DNA from: a virus
Lineage: Duplodnaviria > Heunggongvirae > Uroviricota > Caudoviricetes
Direction: 5' to 3' (one strand)
Virus record (IMG/VR): IMGVR_UViG_3300037419_001521
Length of the DNA stretch: 18,925 nucleotides
The notes below the pieces were generated by a model. It was not told the origin of the DNA, ran no database searches, and saw only the letters and a list, made by a program, of their open reading frames with translations. Below, piece after piece: positions 1-7,399 of the stretch. Each line of letters begins with the position of its first letter. Position 1 is the first letter of the stretch. A program made the translations under genes and the position numbers.

Positions 1-2
1 AG

Positions 3-569
3 GATGAGAGCGTCGCTGACGGCCGCGCCAAGCTGGACCAGGCTATCGCCGACTACCGCGCGCAGTGCCCCGGCGGCGACGTCACCGTGATCGGTCATTC
101 CGAAGGCGCTGAAGTTGCCGGTGACGAAGCCGCGCAGGCTGATCATGTCGTCACCTACGGCGACCCGCGCACGCCCGGCGGTATCTACTCGGCGCTCCCC
201 GGCATCTTCCCCGGCGCATCCAACAGTGGCCCGCGTGAGACCGCCCCGAACGAAAAGCGCGTCTGCCACCAGTACGACGGTATCTGCGACGTTCCTGCGC
301 CGTGGAGTGATCCGGCTGGCTTCGCGCAGGCTTTCCAGGGTTATGCGACCGGCTGGCACGGCTACGCGCCCGGTGAGGCTGACGGTGTGCCCGAGGGTTC
401 CACGGCTGTAGTACCGATGCCGGTGCCGAACGCGAGCATCCCTGATTCGACGCCTACCGGTATTCCGGCCCTTCCGCCGGTCAGCTTGCCGCAGTGGACT
501 CCGGGACCTCTGCCGAGCATTCAGGACCTCGACCCGATCATCAGCGGCATCCAGGGGCTCATCAAGTGA
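3..569 (+). CDS. Cutinase/PE-PPE-like alpha/beta serine hydrolase (5' truncated; possible LysB-like esterase) with Pro-rich C-terminal tail
   Basis: The frame is open from the window start: DESVADGRAKLDQAIADYRAQCPGGDVTVIGHSEGA. It has the GxSxG nucleophile (GHSEG) preceded by CP, then YGDP, CHQYDGICD (catalytic Asp region with a Cys pair) and WHGY (candidate catalytic His). Confidence 0.8.
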   Translation, partial: DESVADGRAKLDQAIADYRAQCPGGDVTVIGHSEGAEVAGDEAAQADHVVTYGDPRTPGGIYSALPGIFPGASNSGPRETAPNEKRVCHQYDGICDVPAPWSDPAGFAQAFQGYATGWHGYAPGEADGVPEGSTAVVPMPVPNASIPDSTPTGIPALPPVSLPQWTPGPLPSIQDLDPIISGIQGLIK

Positions 570-799
570 CCTACCACGACCCGCACAGCACTGCCGATAT
601 CAACCATCGTTTCGATTTCCATCCGGCCACGACCGAAGAAAAGCGCGGCGAGCACGGCAGCGTCCGTAACGCCTGCAAGGAACTCGCACATATGTTCGAT
701 CGTGATCTGCCGCCCGGCCGTGAGAAGTCGCTGGCGATCACCAAGCTCGAGGAAGCGATGTTCTGGGCCAACGCCGGTATCGCTCGATTCAGGGATTGA
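566..799 (+). CDS. 77-aa protein resembling the Acb2/Tad1 hairpin family (candidate nucleotide-signal sponge)
   Basis: GTG start overlaps the upstream TGA (GTGA). C-terminal PGREKSLAITKLEEAMFWANAGIAR resembles the RExxxAxTxxEEAxMW helix of Tad1-like proteins as I recall it. Confidence 0.6.
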   Translation: MTYHDPHSTADINHRFDFHPATTEEKRGEHGSVRNACKELAHMFDRDLPPGREKSLAITKLEEAMFWANAGIARFRD

Positions 800-804
800 T
801 TCGG

Positions 805-996
805 ATGCATGACGAAGTCCTCGACGAGCTGAAGGTCATCCGGGAAACTCTCGAACGTTTGTTCGAACTGGTGTCTCTTCAGGCTGGCGCAGAGGTCAAG
901 GCTCCGGCGGAGATGCATTTTCACGTGCAAGATGTCTCGACGGCGATGCGGAATTGGAAAAAGCACCAGCAGAAAGACCCCTGGAATCTTTTCTGA
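805..996 (+). CDS. Hypothetical protein (63 aa)
   Basis: Fills the gap between neighbours with ATG at 805; helical N-terminus DEVLDELKVIRETLERLFELV; no recognised family. Confidence 0.6.
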   Translation: MHDEVLDELKVIRETLERLFELVSLQAGAEVKAPAEMHFHVQDVSTAMRNWKKHQQKDPWNLF

Positions 997-1010
997 TTGA
1001 GGAGTAGCGC

Positions 1011-1289
1011 GTGGCGTCGGATGAACTGAAAACCCGGCGCTGGCGCGATCTCTGCGAACGACTCAAACGAGAAATGCCCCCGATCTGCCATTACTGCGGC
1101 GGCGATATCGATCTCACGATTTCCGGTCGCGAAAAATGGGGCTGGACAGCAGATCATCTGACTCCCCGGCATGAAGCTCCGCACCGGACGTTCGATCCGA
1201 CGAATATCGCGCCTGCGCACAATTGGTGTAATTCGACTCGCGGCGGTGCGGTGGTGCAGAACGTGAATACATCGCAGAAGTGGGGATGA
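1011..1289 (+). CDS. HNH endonuclease (phage packaging-associated type)
   Basis: CHYC...ADHLTPR...NIAPAHNWCNSTRG zinc/HNH pattern; GAGGAG RBS before the GTG start. Confidence 0.9.
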   Translation: MASDELKTRRWRDLCERLKREMPPICHYCGGDIDLTISGREKWGWTADHLTPRHEAPHRTFDPTNIAPAHNWCNSTRGGAVVQNVNTSQKWG

Positions 1290-1292
1290 CGG

Positions 1293-1574
1293 ATGGCCGA
1301 CGAATTCCGGAAGAACCCCGGCGACGTTCTGGATTACACGTGGGATTGGTCGCAGTGGCTGACCGGCGGTGACACTATCGCTTCGTCGTCGATGGCTGTG
1401 ACGTCTACCGCGACGAATATCACGCTGGTTTCGAATACGTTCAGCGCGACATATACGACGGTGTGGGTGTCCGGCGGCACTATCCCGAATTATTACACGA
1501 TTACCAACACGATTACGACTGTTGGCGGCCGAACGCGAGCACGTTCAATTCGAATCATGGTCGCGAATCAGTAA
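1293..1574 (+). CDS. Putative fibre-attachment adaptor protein
   Basis: KNPGDVLDYTWDWSQWL...TVWVSGG...Y.ITNTITT.GGRT.RS matches, from memory, the KDPxxxLDYxxDWxxWL family annotated as phage fibre-tail adaptor. Confidence 0.65.
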   Translation: MADEFRKNPGDVLDYTWDWSQWLTGGDTIASSSMAVTSTATNITLVSNTFSATYTTVWVSGGTIPNYYTITNTITTVGGRTRARSIRIMVANQ

Positions 1575-1589
1575 AAGGAAGGTTCTTTT

Positions 1590-2180
1590 ATGGCTGGCGA
1601 CGGCGTCAAGTGGGATATGCATGCCCGCGTTATCAAGTACGAACCGGAGACGGTCGAGCGGCTGACGGCCCAGATGGGGCACGAACCGAGCGCGTTTCAC
1701 CTCCGGCACCTCGAGGAAATCGGCCTTCTCGAGCCTGACGATATTGTCGAGGTTCCCGGCAACCTGCTCGTGACGACCGGGCTGAACCGGATCACGAACC
1801 TGATCATCGGCGGCGGCGGTACTCCTCTCGCGCACGCGAATGCGATTGTCGGTGTCGGCACCAGCTCCACGGCCGCGACGGTTTCCGATGTAGCGCTGGG
1901 TAGCGATGGCACCGCGAATGCGTATTACCAGCAGGCCGATTCGGGTTACCCGACGCAGAGCAATGGCACCATTACCTGCAATGCGACTTTCCAGACCGGT
2001 AATGCGAATTTCGCGTGGAATGAATGGTGCTGGGCGGACGGCTCGGGAACAATCACTGCTGGCACGACTCTCGCTTCCGTGGCGACTTCGCCGGTTATGT
2101 TGAATCACCGCATTCAGAGCCTCGGCACGAAGGTTTCCGGCGCTGTCTGGACGCTCTCCGCGACACTGACCCTGAGCTAG
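1590..2180 (+). CDS. Putative virion protein, tail-collar-fibre N-terminal-domain-like
   Basis: NLLVTTG...GVGTSSTAA..D..L...ATF..G.ANFAWNEW pattern resembles the base domain of phage fibres; strong RBS (AAAAGGAAGG). Confidence 0.5.
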   Translation: MAGDGVKWDMHARVIKYEPETVERLTAQMGHEPSAFHLRHLEEIGLLEPDDIVEVPGNLLVTTGLNRITNLIIGGGGTPLAHANAIVGVGTSSTAATVSDVALGSDGTANAYYQQADSGYPTQSNGTITCNATFQTGNANFAWNEWCWADGSGTITAGTTLASVATSPVMLNHRIQSLGTKVSGAVWTLSATLTLS

Positions 2181-2211
2181 ATAACGATTTTATAACGGCG
2201 GGGGTGGTTCG

Positions 2212-2649
2212 ATGCCTCTAGCCATTCGTGGCGGCGCGTATGCCAGTGCGGGTGTCACCGGTGGTGGTGTGTCGGCGAAGCAGCTCTCGCTCAATACCAT
2301 CGATTCCACAAACTATCCGTATACAGCTGCGATTGTCAGTGGCGGCTTGGTGGTTCGCGGCGCTGGGCCGATTGTGGTTACCGCTCGCGCGACGATGAGT
2401 TCGGGCACGATCACCGCGCAGTTGCGCATCGGCGGCACCACGGTAGCCACTGGCAATACCGCACTTCAGTCGAATATCACCTATATCTACAACGCCCACG
2501 ACGGCGATCAATTGCAGCTATGGGAGACAGACAGCGGATCGGGTGTTTCTCCGACCTCCGGCGGTATATCGAATGTCTACATCCATTACGACGTGCTGAC
2601 CGATCTTAGTCCTATCAACGGCTCCGTCATGCGTGCCGCACTATTCTAA
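2212..2649 (+). CDS. Hypothetical beta-rich (Gly/Ser/Thr-rich) putative virion protein
   Basis: Fits between neighbours; beta-strand-like composition; short C-terminal peptide SVMRAALF. Confidence 0.55.
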   Translation: MPLAIRGGAYASAGVTGGGVSAKQLSLNTIDSTNYPYTAAIVSGGLVVRGAGPIVVTARATMSSGTITAQLRIGGTTVATGNTALQSNITYIYNAHDGDQLQLWETDSGSGVSPTSGGISNVYIHYDVLTDLSPINGSVMRAALF

Positions 2650-2667
2650 ATCCGAGAGGTTCCCTTT

Positions 2668-3174
2668 ATGGCTGCCCCATGCTTTATTGCGTGGAACGGC
2701 GCGACCAACGCACTGACTGCGCCACTGGCCGCTGTTTCCGTTTCGTCGAGCACTACGAAGACGCTATTGCAGATCGTGCCCGCGTCGAACCAGAAGATCC
2801 GCATCATCGAGTGGGGCTACAGTTTCACCGCCGCGCCGACCAACAACGTACAGATGGAATTGGTGGAAACAGGCTCGGTCGCTGCTACCGTGACCGCGCT
2901 GGGTTCTTCGAGTGTGGTCGCCTACAACGACGCTACCGGCGGCACGACCGGCGTTCAGTTGTCGTCCTCGGCGAGTGGTTACACCGCTACGGCTGAAGGC
3001 ACTATTACCTCGACGCGCCTGCTCGATTACCAGTACGAAAACGGATTGTATTTCAAGAAGCAATTCCCGCTGGGTCGCGAGCCGGAGATCGGTACGGGCA
3101 AGGTTCTGCGCATTCGTGCCACCACCGGTGCCAGCTCGGCCAGCATTTCGGCGTACGTGGTCTGGGAGGAATAA
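2668..3174 (+). CDS. Hypothetical beta-sandwich putative virion protein
   Basis: GAGAGG RBS; alternating hydrophobic strands (KIRIIEWGYSF, LRIRAT, AYVVWEE); no enzyme motif seen. Confidence 0.6.
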   Translation: MAAPCFIAWNGATNALTAPLAAVSVSSSTTKTLLQIVPASNQKIRIIEWGYSFTAAPTNNVQMELVETGSVAATVTALGSSSVVAYNDATGGTTGVQLSSSASGYTATAEGTITSTRLLDYQYENGLYFKKQFPLGREPEIGTGKVLRIRATTGASSASISAYVVWEE

Positions 3175-3199
3175 GCAGAGCCCGTCCGGGAGGTAATCA

Positions 3200-3859
3200 A
3201 TGGCCCGGATAGGTCGCTCCCGTCCCGTATCGAACTACAGACCGCTTCACGCCCTCCTAGCCGGTCCCCCGCCCGACGCTGATACCGGCGCAGGTGTCGA
3301 TTCCGCCAGTGTCGTCGCTGTCCTTACCGACGTTGATACCGGCGCGGGCGTAGATACCGGCCAGATCAACCAGTCGGGCACTGACACTGGGACGGGCGTA
3401 GATACCGCCACGGTCATCCAGGCAGGCTCTGATACGGCCTCCGGTGTAGCCGACGCTGGCTCGGTTGGCGTCACTGTGACGGATTCCGAGCAGCTGACCA
3501 CCGAAGATTCGGCGACCTCGCCGTCCGGTTCCGACACCGGTTCCTTCGCGGAATCAGCTGGACTGCTGTTCGTCATCGAAGGCTCGGACACCGCAACCGG
3601 CGCGGATTCTGCCAGCGTTTCGCAGCACATCACCGGCGCTGATACCGCCACGGGAACCGACACCGCGACCGTGTTGGTGCAATCCGCCGATACTGCCGTC
3701 GCGAAGGACAACGCACCCTTCCTGATCATCAACGGCCGGATCATCGGTCCGAGGGTGTGCCTGGTCGCGGCGGATGTTCGGAAATTCAAGGTCCCGGCCG
3801 AGGTTCGGATTTGCAAGCCCCGGCAGGTGAGCAGGGTGTATCAAGTGAGGCCGGAATGA
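3200..3859 (+). CDS. Repeat-containing putative fibre protein
   Basis: GGGAGG RBS; about nine 16-18-aa DTxxGxD repeats; C-terminal R-x-x-x-V-x-A periodic segment. Confidence 0.7.
   Translation: MARIGRSRPVSNYRPLHALLAGPPPDADTGAGVDSASVVAVLTDVDTGAGVDTGQINQSGTDTGTGVDTATVIQAGSDTASGVADAGSVGVTVTDSEQLTTEDSATSPSGSDTGSFAESAGLLFVIEGSDTATGADSASVSQHITGADTATGTDTATVLVQSADTAVAKDNAPFLIINGRIIGPRVCLVAADVRKFKVPAEVRICKPRQVSRVYQVRPE
3275..3709 (+). repeat. Tandem 48/54-nt coding repeats (16/18 aa, consensus xxDTxxGxDxAxV)
   Basis: Units DADTGAGVDSASVVAVLT, DVDTGAGVDTGQINQS, GTDTGTGVDTATVIQA, GSDTASGVADAGSVGVTV, TDSEQLTTEDSATSPS, GSDTGSFAESAGLLFVIE, GSDTATGADSASVSQHIT, GADTATGTDTATVLVQ, SADTAVAKD. Confidence 0.85.
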
Positions 3860-4251
3860 AAGACGACGCTGAATACGCCGAGCAGAAATCCCTCACCGAA
3901 GAGGTCGAATCCGGCGACACGCGCCGCAGTTTGATTGCTCTGCGAGATTACGTCGCGCACGAACTCGAAGGCAATCGGTGCCAGAAATGCGCGATGAGTC
4001 AGCTTCGCACAGGTGATACCGCCGCGTTGGTGTTGCGCCTCCAGAAGATTATCGAAGATATTGCCGCCCTGCCGCCCGATCAGGACGAAGAAGCCGAAGC
4101 GAACAAGGGGGTAGTCAATCTTGCCTCCATACGCAAGCGCAGAGATCCTGATCGGGGACCAGCACCCAAGGTTTCTGACGATTCCGGACTCGGCACGAAG
4201 GCTGCCAAACGAGTACAAGGCGGTAGACAGCCGCGCTTCCGAGGCGATTGA
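3856..4251 (+). CDS. Terminase small subunit (probable)
   Basis: ATG overlaps the upstream stop (ATGA); lies directly before TerL; helical GDTRRSLIALRDYVAHELE...DTAALVLRL pattern like actinophage small subunits. Confidence 0.7.
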   Translation: MKDDAEYAEQKSLTEEVESGDTRRSLIALRDYVAHELEGNRCQKCAMSQLRTGDTAALVLRLQKIIEDIAALPPDQDEEAEANKGVVNLASIRKRRDPDRGPAPKVSDDSGLGTKAAKRVQGGRQPRFRGD

Positions 4252-5701
4252 TCTCGCGCGTCACGCCGGTCTGGAATTGGACCCGTGGCAGTGCCTGGTT
4301 CTGGAACACATGCTCGCGATCCGCGACGAAGAATATTGGGACGAAATCAACGGCCGGTGGGAGAACCAATGGGCCGCTGCTGAATTCGGCTGCGTGGTAG
4401 CCCGCCAAAACGGGAAAGGAAGTATACTCGAAGCCCGCGAACTGGCTGGTCTGTTTCTCTTCGGCGAGAAGGAAATAATCCATTCCGCGCACCTTTTCGA
4501 CACTTCGCAGAAGCATTTCGAGCGCGTTCGCCGCCTGATCGAAGACACCCCCGACCTGCGGAGTGAAGTCCTTCAGATCAAAGCCGGGCACGGCCAGGAA
4601 GGCATCTACCTACGGTCAGGCCAGAAACTGATCTTCAAAGCGCGGTCCAATCATGCCGGTCGTGGTTTCTCGGCTCCGCTGGTTGTGTATGACGAGGCGA
4701 TGGCGAACTTGAATTCGTCGATCATTGAAGCGTCGATGCCGACGGTGTCCGCGCAGCCGAATCATCAGATTATTTACGCCGGGTCGGCCGGTACCGCTGA
4801 ATCCGAGCACTTCGGTCGCGCCCGCAATCGGGCCATGAAGGTCATCAACGGCGAGAGTCGCGAAATCCGGTTCGGATGGGCTGAATGGTCCGCTGAGCTG
4901 TGCAGTTCGTATTGCCCGCCTGATTGCGACGAGCACGACAATCCCGACGACCCGAAGACGTGGGCGAAAGCCAACCCCGCGCTCGGTATCCGTATCTCCG
5001 AGGAGTACATCCGCGAGACCGAAAAGAAGGCCATGTCTCCGGCCGGTTTCGCGAAAGAGCGCTTGTCTGTAGGTGATTGGCCCACCGAGGACGGCGGCTG
5101 GCGTGTCATCCCGAAAGATACCTGGGAGGGTCGCCGCGACGAACTTTCGCAGTTGAAGGGCAAGTTCTGCCTCGCGATCGACTGCGCCCCTGATGCCACC
5201 TTCACGTGCATCACCGCTGTCGGTGCGAATGACGACTCGCAGATCCACGGCGAAATCACCGGTAGTGACGCGCTGTTCGATTACAGGCCCGGCATCAAGT
5301 GGGCGGTCGAGCGGATCACCGACATCTGGAAGGCCAACCGGCCCGAATTCGTGGTCATCAACCCCGCGACACCAGCCGGACGCCTGATCCCCGAACTCGA
5401 ATCGCGCGGCATCAAGGTCGAGACCGTCACTTCGCGTGAATATGCGCAGGCGTGCGGCGATATCAAGGATGCGGTGGCCCCGAAGGCTCGTGAAGCCGCT
5501 GCATTCGTGCATATCGATCAGTCGCCATTGAATATCGCTGTCGCTAATGCCATCACCCGCCGCGTGCAGGAGTTGTGGGCGTGGGACAAAACCGAGGCGG
5601 CTGCCGATATTACGCCGTTGACGTGCATGACGCTCGCTTTCTACGGGTTCAAGAAATACATCTTCCGTAAGACTTCCGCGCCGTGGGTTTATCGCCGCTG
5701 A
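4121..5701 (+). CDS. terL: Terminase large subunit
   Basis: LDPWQ, Walker A VARQNGKG, Walker B LVVYDEA, ANPALG, C-terminal nuclease region (LAIDCAPD...DITP); TTG start after AAGGGGG. Confidence 0.95.
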   Translation: MPPYASAEILIGDQHPRFLTIPDSARRLPNEYKAVDSRASEAIDLARHAGLELDPWQCLVLEHMLAIRDEEYWDEINGRWENQWAAAEFGCVVARQNGKGSILEARELAGLFLFGEKEIIHSAHLFDTSQKHFERVRRLIEDTPDLRSEVLQIKAGHGQEGIYLRSGQKLIFKARSNHAGRGFSAPLVVYDEAMANLNSSIIEASMPTVSAQPNHQIIYAGSAGTAESEHFGRARNRAMKVINGESREIRFGWAEWSAELCSSYCPPDCDEHDNPDDPKTWAKANPALGIRISEEYIRETEKKAMSPAGFAKERLSVGDWPTEDGGWRVIPKDTWEGRRDELSQLKGKFCLAIDCAPDATFTCITAVGANDDSQIHGEITGSDALFDYRPGIKWAVERITDIWKANRPEFVVINPATPAGRLIPELESRGIKVETVTSREYAQACGDIKDAVAPKAREAAAFVHIDQSPLNIAVANAITRRVQELWAWDKTEAAADITPLTCMTLAFYGFKKYIFRKTSAPWVYRR

Positions 5702-5712
5702 AAGGTTTGTTC

Positions 5713-5868
5713 GTGAAGCAAGTTCAGCCTCTGGTGGCGGTGATCATTTTCCTTATCGGGTATCTGATGGTCGCGACAGGCGGTTTCCTGCTGTTCGGCC
5801 CGATTCCATTGATTCCGCTCGGTGTCGTCTTGGCCGTTACGGGCATTTTGATCGACATAAAGGAGTGA
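5713..5868 (+). CDS. Small two-helix membrane protein
   Basis: Two hydrophobic stretches (LVAVIIFLIGYLMVATGGFLLFG; IPLIPLGVVLAVTGILI); GAAAGG RBS before the GTG; lies between TerL and portal. Confidence 0.7.
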   Translation: MKQVQPLVAVIIFLIGYLMVATGGFLLFGPIPLIPLGVVLAVTGILIDIKE

Positions 5869-5872
5869 CGAT

Positions 5873-7378
5873 TTGCCTAGTCTATGGTCACGCCTGACGC
5901 GTCGATCGAAGCGCGATATGGGGGCCGTCGCCGATCAGAACGCGCTCGCGGAGTATTTCACTTTCAACGGCGGCGCTTATCCGATCGGCAGTTACGGCGG
6001 CATCTATCCGTTCGTCACCTACGACAACAACGGGCCGCTGAAGCAGGAAACGATCCCGAACGATTTCGAAGGCTATGTCAACAACGCTTTCAAATCCAAC
6101 GGTGTCGTTTACGCGGTCTGCATGGTCCGTCAGCATATCTTTTCCGAAGCGAGGTTCGCTCTCCAGCAGTTCAACGGCGAGCGCCCCGGGGATTTGATCC
6201 GTCGCGGAAACACCCTCAAGATCCTTGAAACGCCTTGGCCGAACGGGACTACCGGCGAATTGCTGGCCCGCGCGATCCAGGACGTCGATTTGTGCGGCAA
6301 TCATTACGTCGTTCGCGAAGACGGCCCGCGTGGTCCGAGGTTGCGGCGGTTGCGCCCCGATTGGGTGACGATCGTCCTGACCAAAGATCCCAGCCAGGCG
6401 CTCAAGTCGGATATCCAGGGCTATATCTACAAGCCCGGCAATACCGAAGACAGCTCGAAGTGGGAGCTTTTCCCGATCGACGGCAGTAACGGCATTGTCG
6501 CGCATTGGTCGCCGACTCCGGACCCTTCTGCTCAGTATCGCGGCATGTCGTGGCTGACTCCGGTGATCAAAGAACTCATCGCCGATGAAGCGGTTTCGAC
6601 GTACAAAGTCAACTACTTCAACAATTCCGCAACCCCGAATCTAGCGGTCAGTTTCGACCCGTCTGTGACTCGCGAGCAATTCATTGAGTTCATGGAAGTG
6701 ATGAACGGGACGAAGCACGGTCTGGGTCATGCTGGTGAAACGTTGTACCTCGGTGGTGGCGCGCAAGTCGAACCTATCGGCGCGAAGATCCATGAAATCG
6801 ACTTCTCGAAGCTGACTTCTATTACCGAGCTTCGGATCTGCGCAGCTGCTCGTGTCCCTCCGACTGTTGTCGGTCTCACCGAAGGTATGCGCGGCTCGGC
6901 GCTGAATCAAGGAAATTTCGACGCCGCGAAGGAAATGCTCGCGAATGCGACGATGCGTCCGTTGTGGCGGAGTTTGTGTGCCGCGTATTCGGTGCTGGTC
7001 GATGTTCCGCCTCGGATGCGGCTCTGGTACGACGACCGCGATATTCAGTTCCTGCGCGACGACCGGCAGAAGCTAGCGGAATTGCAGCACACCGAAGCCA
7101 CCACGATCGCCCGGCTGGTTCAGGACGGTTTCACTCCGGAATCTTCCGTGGCTGCCGTTATTCAGCAGGATTGGCGCTTGCTCGAACACACCGGGCTCTA
7201 CAGCGTGCAGCTTCTGCCTCCGACTATTTCTCACACTCTCGGTGGGCTTCCGCAAGCTGACGATCCCCTCGCAAAAGCGCCCGCACCGAAAACCGATCCC
7301 GGCCAGACGCAACAGCCGGGCGGTTATTCCTCTCAGTCGCATCCACCTCCTCCCCCATCTGATGACGGCGGCGACTAA
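5873..7378 (+). CDS. Portal protein (HK97 family)
   Basis: Position after TerL; RRLRPDWV, YRGMSWLTP, NSATPNL, ICAAARVPP motifs; AAGGAG RBS before the TTG; Pro-rich C-terminal tail. Confidence 0.92.
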   Translation: MPSLWSRLTRRSKRDMGAVADQNALAEYFTFNGGAYPIGSYGGIYPFVTYDNNGPLKQETIPNDFEGYVNNAFKSNGVVYAVCMVRQHIFSEARFALQQFNGERPGDLIRRGNTLKILETPWPNGTTGELLARAIQDVDLCGNHYVVREDGPRGPRLRRLRPDWVTIVLTKDPSQALKSDIQGYIYKPGNTEDSSKWELFPIDGSNGIVAHWSPTPDPSAQYRGMSWLTPVIKELIADEAVSTYKVNYFNNSATPNLAVSFDPSVTREQFIEFMEVMNGTKHGLGHAGETLYLGGGAQVEPIGAKIHEIDFSKLTSITELRICAAARVPPTVVGLTEGMRGSALNQGNFDAAKEMLANATMRPLWRSLCAAYSVLVDVPPRMRLWYDDRDIQFLRDDRQKLAELQHTEATTIARLVQDGFTPESSVAAVIQQDWRLLEHTGLYSVQLLPPTISHTLGGLPQADDPLAKAPAPKTDPGQTQQPGGYSSQSHPPPPPSDDGGD

Positions 7379-7399
7379 GGCTGCGCAGTAAGGCATTTT

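Noticed and set aside
2181-2211. AT-rich spacer with ATAACG repeated twice (possible promoter or operator)
   Set aside because: No convincing -35/-10 pair and no other copies found.
3275-3709. Repeats considered as a CRISPR array or diversity-generating retroelement target
   Set aside because: Degenerate, in-frame and coding, with no spacers, no reverse transcriptase and no adenine-specific variation.
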